A stretch of DNA of 64,000 nt from an uncultured archaeon. Its GTDB lineage: Archaea; Asgardarchaeota; Thorarchaeia; Thorarchaeales; Thorarchaeaceae. Every line of letters begins with the position of its first letter. Within the stretch, counting starts at the first letter, position 1. A program made the position numbers and the translations under genes. The notes under the pieces are model-generated. The model made no database searches. It was given only the letters and a program-made list of their open reading frames with translations, and was not told the DNA's origin. The stretch is from assembly GCA_964558645.1 (NCBI GenBank), contig CAZLEV010000007.1:96001-160000 (forward strand), in the 5' to 3' direction. This document shows, piece by piece, positions 57,531-64,000 of this stretch.

Positions 57531-59468
57531 CTAGGAAACCAGGATGAAGCGAATGAGAAACTCTCCAAAGGCAATCATGGCACGATAGACGGCGACACCT
57601 ATACGGATGAGCGCGGCTGCCATGGCGTCTTTGGCCCGAGTCAAACCGCGCGTGTATTCCTCACGAAGTACCCCGACGGGAAGAATGATGATGGCCGTGG
57701 CTGGTAGGAGATATTCTGTTGGCAGATAAAGCGGCTCAACAAGGTGTAGGTACCAAACTGCTCCGACCAATCCGGGAAGATAGAACAGACCCGAAACCTT
57801 CCTACTGATTTCTAGCTTCTGTAGTGCAGCTGATCCAAGCATCCAAATCATTGGAATAGTAACCCTCTGGATTGGTCCTGTATCCAACAATGCGGTGAGG
57901 ATCCAGTGAGTAAGAACTGCATTTGCTGATAGGAAAAGAATCCAGGTCACTGCTGCAAATTTCATCCTGCTTCTCATGCGTTTCAATGCCCCGATTCCTA
58001 TCATTCCAAAACCCGAAGCAATCGTGATCGAGAGTGGAATCAAGGCTAGTTCATAATACGGAAGTCCGCTCATTAGAGGAACGACTAGTGACAGGACTGC
58101 GGCAGTGAGAAGCAAGTCAATAGCCACGCCGGTTTGCACTGGGTGATTCCGGATCCAGTGCTTCACCATTCTGAATCTGTGAACTATCTTGAACCATAGA
58201 CTCCTCCATATTCTGCGGACTTCTCGAAATATACCTGTCACGCCTGTGACAATGACAGCTCCAGCCAGAGCTAGGGACTTTTCAATCGGCCAGAACGAGA
58301 ACTGAGTCCACATGAATGAGGAAGTAGTACCAGCCAGTACTGTGAGAAGACCCAGGATTTTTACGGTTTGTTCCTCGCGACGACGAGTCATATAGCGAGC
58401 GAGCCGCAGAAAGACTGTTGCTGGAATAATGACTAGAAATGAAACAATGGCAGCCAAGGGGAAGAAAAGAAGTGGTACCCAACTTGATTCCGCAAACGAA
58501 CTGAGAGCGGCTAGTGACACCAGTTGGGTAGGAACGCCACAGGCGACTAGAATCAGACCAAGGGACGAAAGTGCATGAGCAGTATTTGGGTCGATGATCC
58601 ACGGCGTCGGGGGGAGTGTTTGCACTGGGGCCTCTGATACTGTTTCGTCATCCGTGTATTCGTCGAGCCCCATCAGAGATTCGATGCGTTGCCTCTCGGT
58701 GACGTATTGGGTGTCCCCGACAGTGCGCCTAAGGATATTGGTCTGAATGTATCTAAGCATCTGGCTCGAGAGCAATAGGCTAACTCCGAGCACAATGAGA
58801 TGAGCCGAAATCTCTACAAAGAGGTCAACAACCAGCATGTCCGAATACAGGAGAGGGGCGAAACCCTGTGACATTGCTGCAGAGAACACAACCGTTTCAA
58901 CAATGGCAAGAATCGGTCGTTTCTGGTAGATATGCAGCCCGATAAGGTAGGGGACAGAAGCCAACAGTGCTATGAGCAAAGTCAGCTGAAGACTCGAACC
59001 TAACTGTATCATATACAGGGCACCTATCAAGGGGCCTGTGACAATGGCCAACAGAATCAGAGTCCAGATGACAACTGTTGCTCTCTGCTCTTCAAGCAGC
59101 TTCTTGGATGAGGCATCAAGAGCAAGAACAAGCGCTATAATGATGTTTACGTGGACACATCCCATTGTCATGAACGACTGGTCCCAGAATATCGAAAGAG
59201 AATAAGCTCCCAGGACCGCTCCAGACAAGACCAAGACATACCCGAACAGATTACGCCCTGTCTTCGTTCCGATTGCACCTGCTAAGCAAAGGGCGAAGGC
59301 GAGTGAGAATGTCTGACGAACAGCAATCTCTGAGATGAACGGTTCTGTTATGAAGAAGACCGCGAGTAGCACCGCAGCGGGGATGATGATTAGTAGAACA
59401 AGTAGTTTTGCTGCTGTCTGGATGACGTCGGCAACTTTGGCGGCTTTATAGGTGCTGTCGTTCACCAT
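57531..59468 (-). CDS. Giant multi-pass membrane protein, N-terminal portion ending at an in-frame TAG
   Basis: 645 codons with many TM helices. The stop falls inside a hydrophobic helix (FILVS*ASLAVFFIAYG). Confidence 0.75.
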   Translation of the reverse strand: MVNDSTYKAAKVADVIQTAAKLLVLLIIIPAAVLLAVFFITEPFISEIAVRQTFSLAFALCLAGAIGTKTGRNLFGYVLVLSGAVLGAYSLSIFWDQSFMTMGCVHVNIIIALVLALDASSKKLLEEQRATVVIWTLILLAIVTGPLIGALYMIQLGSSLQLTLLIALLASVPYLIGLHIYQKRPILAIVETVVFSAAMSQGFAPLLYSDMLVVDLFVEISAHLIVLGVSLLLSSQMLRYIQTNILRRTVGDTQYVTERQRIESLMGLDEYTDDETVSEAPVQTLPPTPWIIDPNTAHALSSLGLILVACGVPTQLVSLAALSSFAESSWVPLLFFPLAAIVSFLVIIPATVFLRLARYMTRRREEQTVKILGLLTVLAGTTSSFMWTQFSFWPIEKSLALAGAVIVTGVTGIFREVRRIWRSLWFKIVHRFRMVKHWIRNHPVQTGVAIDLLLTAAVLSLVVPLMSGLPYYELALIPLSITIASGFGMIGIGALKRMRSRMKFAAVTWILFLSANAVLTHWILTALLDTGPIQRVTIPMIWMLGSAALQKLEISRKVSGLFYLPGLVGAVWYLHLVEPLYLPTEYLLPATAIIILPVGVLREEYTRGLTRAKDAMAAALIRIGVAVYRAMIAFGEFLIRFILVS

Positions 59469-59730
59469 TTACCCTCTGTGTGCTGCTGGTCGACAGCCCT
59501 TCTCGATGGTTGGGCGCTAGCGTATATTACTGAAACTATGCTAATAAGCAAGCCTTGGATGTATGATGGTCTATGCGTGGGCTGTCACAGCTGGATGCAA
59601 TCTTGAGAATAAAAGCAAATTGCTATTCTTGAGTCTGTCCTCAGAAATCTTTTATCCACAAGTTCCATGTAGAAAGCTAGCCACGCACGCTTCTTTCGTT
59701 TCCGTGTTGAATGGCTGATTCTGTTGAGGG

Positions 59731-60258
59731 ATGGAATTGCCCGAAAGACTCCAATGCCGATATTGCGGAAGACAGAATGACCCAGATGCCACCGATTGCC
59801 AGTTCTGTGGAGGTGCCCTATCAGATGCCGACCGCGAGGTGTATTGCGATTGGTGCGGTGTCCCGCTTGGCAGAGGGCGAGAACCGGCTGGGAAGTGCGT
59901 TGCATGTGGCGTCGAGGTCTTCTTATGTGATAAGCATTTGAGAAAGGCCGTGAAGGACGAGGTCTACTGCAAAGATCACCAGTCTGAGTGTTTCATCGCT
60001 ACGGCGGTTATTGGGAGTCCGCTTGACCCCAGGATTGACCTTCTTCGTCAGTTTCGGGATCAACGGATGTTGACGAATCGTTTGGGCACTATGCTTGCTC
60101 ATGCGTACTACGAGCTCTCGCCACCCATCGCAGGGTGGGCTCGTTGGAGTCCTCTTCTGAAGAGGGTTTTGCGGCGCTTCCTCGTGATTCCTTGGCTTGC
60201 ACTGGCCCGTGCAGTCCTTTGCTCTTCAGATGGCCAGACGAGTGCAAGTAGTCCGTAG
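59731..60258 (+). CDS. Zinc-ribbon protein with CFI-box-CTERM domain
   Basis: CRYC...CQFC, CDWC...CVAC, CDKH...CKDH, then CFIATAVIGS...LRQFRD...G......YYELSPPIA. Confidence 0.8.
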   Translation: MELPERLQCRYCGRQNDPDATDCQFCGGALSDADREVYCDWCGVPLGRGREPAGKCVACGVEVFLCDKHLRKAVKDEVYCKDHQSECFIATAVIGSPLDPRIDLLRQFRDQRMLTNRLGTMLAHAYYELSPPIAGWARWSPLLKRVLRRFLVIPWLALARAVLCSSDGQTSASSP

Positions 60259-60689
60259 CTGACTACTTCATGCCTTAGAAACAACACTCCTAGGCATAGT
60301 CGTCCTGATCTATTTGGACAGATAACAACGACTGTCCGGATACGAGAACCAATTCCTCCAGAATCCCAGTGAGCATGAACCACGTATTGATGGGAAACAC
60401 GAGTTCCGAGACGTTGAACGGTTCTATGTACTGTATCGTGATTGTTACAGTGGTGCTTGTTGTTTCAAGTGTCCTTGCTGTAGCTGCGTAGAAACTGTAG
60501 TGTTTGTGGAACTAGCGGCTAACGTCGAGGCAATGAAGCCGCTGAAAGAGATCTTCTTTCTATGTAACAACCGTGAACTTGGAATAGGAACTCTTTTCTA
60601 TCGCATTGCATATCTAAGTCGATTGGAAGAGCATGCAGAACTGCTGTTTCAAGAACCCCTGATAGAATCCAAGACATGGAGGAACCTGT

Positions 60690-63443
60690 TTGACAATCGA
60701 GAAGGCTTCTGGCCCTAGCTCACAGACTGAACGAGAGGACGAAAAGACCCTGGCTGCACTCGTCATAGGTGGCGGCGTGGCAGGAATGCAGGCAGCACTT
60801 GATATCGCGGATCAAGGCTTCAAGACCTATTTGCTCGAGAAGTCCCCGTCCATTGGGGGGCGAATGGCGGCAATTGACAAGACATTCCCGACGCTGGACT
60901 GCTCCGCATGCATTCTCACACCGCGTCTGAGTGACGTATCTCGTCATCCAAGAATCGAGCTCCTCACGTATTCTGAGGTTCAGTCGATTCATGGTGAAGT
61001 GGGAGATTTTACAGTGCGAGTTAGGAGAAAAGCGAGGTATGTTGACGAAGACGCGTGTTCAGGATGCGGTGATTGCGTGTCGGTGTGTCCAGTAGAGCTC
61101 CCTAACGAGTTCGATGAATCTCTTGGATTCAGGAAAGCCATCTACACTCCATTTCCTCAAGCGACACCTAATGTCTACACCATCGACAAGAAAGGTGAGC
61201 CTGCATGCAGAGACACCTGTCCAGCCCGTGTCAATGCGCAAGGATTCATCACTATGATGAAGAAGGGGGACTATGCTAGAGCTCTTGAGATTGTCAGAGA
61301 CTCCATCCCGTTTCCTGGCGTCCTTGGCAGAGTCTGCATATCGTTCTGCGAGGGTGAGTGTGAGCGTGGTTATCTCGATGAGAGCATGAAAATACGGAAC
61401 CTGCATAGGTTCCTTGCGGACTGGGAGCGATCACTGGATGTGGTGGAGCCAGTTGTGCCCAACATCGACAAAGAGGAGCAGGTTGCTGTTATCGGCTCTG
61501 GACCTGCGGGTATTAGCTGTGCATATCAGTTGGCGCGCAGGGGCTATCCAGTTACCGTCTTTGAGAAGGAGCCGCTGCTTGGTGGTCTGCTAAGATATGC
61601 GATTCCAGAGTATCGACTGCCTCGCGACATACTCGATGAGGAGATACAGAGAGTCGTCGACCATGGTGTCAAGATGAGACCCAACACCCCAGTCGAGTCC
61701 ATTGAAGACCTCAAGAAACGAGGATTCAAGGCCGTGTTCATCGCTAGTGGAACTTGGGAATGCAATGAGATGGGGGTGAGAGGCGAGGACTCAGAGGGCG
61801 TTCTTCATTCCATGGAGTTTCTCAGAAAGGTAAACACTGGAGAACAGGTTGACCTTGGAAGAAGGGTTGTGGTCATCGGAGGAGGAGATGCTGCAATAGA
61901 CTCAGCCAGAGTTGCTGTTCGTCTGGGCGCTGAAGAGGTCACACTTGTCTATAGGCGGTCAGGTATAGAGATTCCTGCCATTCCAAGCGAGGTGGAAGAT
62001 GCTAAAGAGGAAGGAGTCAAGTTCATGCTTCTGACCAATCCTACTGAATTCCTGTCATCAGATGGCAAACTGACTGGAATCAGATGCGTTAAGATGCGTC
62101 TTGGAGAACCTGACTACTCAGGCCGGAGAAGACCGATCCCAATTCAGAACTCTGACTTCACAATGGCAGTAGACACGGCCATCGTGGCAGTGGGCCAAAA
62201 GGCAGATATCCACGGTGTTCAGACCAATTGCGACTGCACGAAATGGGGCACTGTTACTGTCGATGAAGTCACGTTGCAGACCAGCGAACCTGGGGTATTT
62301 GCTGGAGGAGATATTGTCACAGGACCCCTCACAGCTGTGAAGGCTGTTGGTCAGGGGCGAGAGGCAGCCGAGTCTATCGATCGCTATCTAAGAGGAGTAT
62401 CCCTTGAAGAGGGGAGAGCTGAACCTCTGCATCGGGTACAGTCCTATGAGGTCGATACAACTCACAAAGAACAGTCAAAGGGTGCTGTGATGCCGAAGCA
62501 GGGGTTAGCGTCGCGACGTAATAACTTCGCTGAGGTGGAACTAGGCTTCACTGAGGAAGTGGCCCGTCTTGAATCTGAACGCTGTCTTGGATGTGCCAAT
62601 TGTTGCGAGTGCAAGCTCTGCGTGGATGCCTGCACGCGTGAGGCAATTGATCACTCGATGAACGATGAGATACTTGACCTTGATGTCGGTGCCATTGTCT
62701 TGGCAACCGGTTACAGACTCTTCGATGTGTCACGATATCCGCAGTACGGCTACGGCAAGTACCCCAATGTCATTCACGCCATGGAATACGAGCGTCTCAT
62801 CAACGCGGCTGGACCCACCAAAGGGCATCTTGTTCGCCTTAGCGACGGCAAGATTCCAGAGAATATTGGGTTCATTCAGTGTGTCGGGGCTCGTGATGTG
62901 AGTAAAGGTGTACCATACTGCTCACGTGTGTGCTGCATGTACGGGATTAAGAATGCCGTGATGGCGAAAGAGCATCAACCAGAGTGCGAGGTCACCATGT
63001 ACTATGCCGATATCCGGGCCTTCGGGAAGGGATTTGAGGAGTTCTACGAGATGGCTCGTACACGTTTCGGTGTGGACTTCGTCCGTGGTCGCGTGTCAGA
63101 AGTTAATGAGAACGAGGAGAACGGGAATCTGATTGTAAGAGTGGAGGATACTGAAAAAGAGGTTCTCCATAATGTCGAGCACGATTTGATTGTCCTGAGT
63201 CCGGGCATTCAACCGCCAGAGGGAATGAGCGATATGGTTGTGGAGCTGGGTATGGATCTGGCAATTGATGGGTACATAGATGTGGCTGATCGGGTCATTA
63301 CCCCAGTGGACACGAAGCTTGCTGGTGTGTTTGTGTGCGGATGTGCAGATGGGCCTAAGGACATTCCTGACTCAGTATCTGCCGGTAGTGCGGCAGCGAT
63401 GAGAGCAACTATCATCCTTAACAAATATCAAGAGAAGAGTTAA
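60690..63443 (+). CDS. hdrA: HdrA-like flavoprotein with inserted GltD/NfnB-like NAD(P)H module (HdrL type), lacking the N-terminal HdrA domain
   Basis: GGGVAG, KTFPTLDCSAC and ferredoxin motifs; insert CRDTCP..GRVC..CE..C.R, GSGPAG, GGGDAAID, FAGGD; then QCVGAR, YCSRVCCMY and GPKDIPDSV. Confidence 0.9.
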   Translation: MTIEKASGPSSQTEREDEKTLAALVIGGGVAGMQAALDIADQGFKTYLLEKSPSIGGRMAAIDKTFPTLDCSACILTPRLSDVSRHPRIELLTYSEVQSIHGEVGDFTVRVRRKARYVDEDACSGCGDCVSVCPVELPNEFDESLGFRKAIYTPFPQATPNVYTIDKKGEPACRDTCPARVNAQGFITMMKKGDYARALEIVRDSIPFPGVLGRVCISFCEGECERGYLDESMKIRNLHRFLADWERSLDVVEPVVPNIDKEEQVAVIGSGPAGISCAYQLARRGYPVTVFEKEPLLGGLLRYAIPEYRLPRDILDEEIQRVVDHGVKMRPNTPVESIEDLKKRGFKAVFIASGTWECNEMGVRGEDSEGVLHSMEFLRKVNTGEQVDLGRRVVVIGGGDAAIDSARVAVRLGAEEVTLVYRRSGIEIPAIPSEVEDAKEEGVKFMLLTNPTEFLSSDGKLTGIRCVKMRLGEPDYSGRRRPIPIQNSDFTMAVDTAIVAVGQKADIHGVQTNCDCTKWGTVTVDEVTLQTSEPGVFAGGDIVTGPLTAVKAVGQGREAAESIDRYLRGVSLEEGRAEPLHRVQSYEVDTTHKEQSKGAVMPKQGLASRRNNFAEVELGFTEEVARLESERCLGCANCCECKLCVDACTREAIDHSMNDEILDLDVGAIVLATGYRLFDVSRYPQYGYGKYPNVIHAMEYERLINAAGPTKGHLVRLSDGKIPENIGFIQCVGARDVSKGVPYCSRVCCMYGIKNAVMAKEHQPECEVTMYYADIRAFGKGFEEFYEMARTRFGVDFVRGRVSEVNENEENGNLIVRVEDTEKEVLHNVEHDLIVLSPGIQPPEGMSDMVVELGMDLAIDGYIDVADRVITPVDTKLAGVFVCGCADGPKDIPDSVSAGSAAAMRATIILNKYQEKS

Positions 63444-63722
63444 AGGGGGGTTCCAGACCGCCATGTTGCTAGGTACCCTTCTGGAAGAAAGTAGCGAGGA
63501 ATGTAAATTGTGTGCCCATGGGAATGCTCTGGATTGCCTTCTGGAGAGGTCTTCAAGGTTTCAGAGGCATGGAACGGCAGTCGAATGCTGTTCTCATGGT
63601 TGCGTACCCGCACGGAAGAACAAACATTTTGACACAACCATATACTTTTTTGTTGAAGTTTGTAACCAGCAGATTGAACCAATGGCAAAGAGCCTAGAAT
63701 ACCGGAAGGACGTGTAAACGGA

Positions 63723-64000
63723 ATGGTTGAAACAAAAGGTGAGCTGAAGCAACCGTCTTTGCATCATCCGAGTTCAGATTTCTCGGAGGAGCTATCCAAC
63801 GAACCCGGCGGGGAGGATATCACCAAGTGTATCCAGTGCGGTATGTGTACTGCAAGCTGTCTTGTAGCCAAGTACACAGACCGATATAGACCCCGAAGAC
63901 TGATTCAGAAGATACTCCTGGGAAAACGCGAAGAAGTGTTGGACAGCGACCTACCATGGTTGTGCATGACCTGCCGGCTATGTGAGGAACGATGTCAGGA
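63723..64000 (+). CDS. hdrC: Heterodisulfide reductase subunit C-like (runs off the window)
   Basis: Manual translation MVETKGE...KCIQCGMCTASC...PRRLI...LG...PWLCMTCRLCEERCQ. Confidence 0.88.
   Translation, partial: MVETKGELKQPSLHHPSSDFSEELSNEPGGEDITKCIQCGMCTASCLVAKYTDRYRPRRLIQKILLGKREEVLDSDLPWLCMTCRLCEERCQ

Noticed and set aside
60260-60718. Short ORFs upstream of hdrA as the missing HdrA N-terminal domain
   Set aside because: No CxCGxNI-type motif in the frames read; only a short hydrophobic ORF of uncertain status.
63444-63722. SECIS element or small ORFs between hdrA and hdrC
   Set aside because: No in-frame TGA in hdrA or the visible hdrC, no convincing SECIS core, and the ORFs lack motifs.
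1-64000. Genome-wide TAG recoding; the many antisense or overlapping ORFs in the track; tRNA, rRNA and IS elements
   Set aside because: TAG ends several genes at their expected C-termini and in TAGTG overlaps. The shadow ORFs lie opposite well-supported genes. No cloverleaf, rRNA, transposase or terminal inverted repeats were recognised by eye.

Overview
This is a gene-dense archaeal chromosomal segment. TATA/BRE-like promoters, GGAGG(TG) Shine-Dalgarno sites, frequent TTG/GTG starts, AOR/Hdr/corrinoid genes and large beta-helix/Ig-like surface proteins suggest an anaerobic Asgard archaeon, probably Thorarchaeia (inference only). Contents in order: aldehyde:ferredoxin oxidoreductase; an ECF transporter; a nitrilase-family hydrolase; a GlcD/GlcF-like dehydrogenase; a CBS+HPF-like protein; a membrane protein plus EEP hydrolase pair resembling a split CWH43/PGAP2IP; a cluster of surface proteins with exact internal duplications; PhoU/TrkA-C and MgtE/SLC41-like genes; a nine-gene, translationally coupled shikimate-to-tyrosine operon lying between a MoaD/SAMP gene and an E1-like gene; two aminotransferases; a corrinoid methyltransferase module; an SF2 helicase; a ~2049-codon membrane-protein frame broken by one amber codon; and HdrA(L)/HdrC. 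The most notable signal is absent from the ORF track. A 26-codon leader ORF ending YSGYYSYYL (38418-38498, minus) precedes the tyrosine operon and is followed by mutually exclusive pairing segments and a U-tract. It is a candidate tyrosine-sensing, ribosome-mediated attenuator in an archaeon. No rRNA, tRNA, CRISPR array or transposase was recognised.
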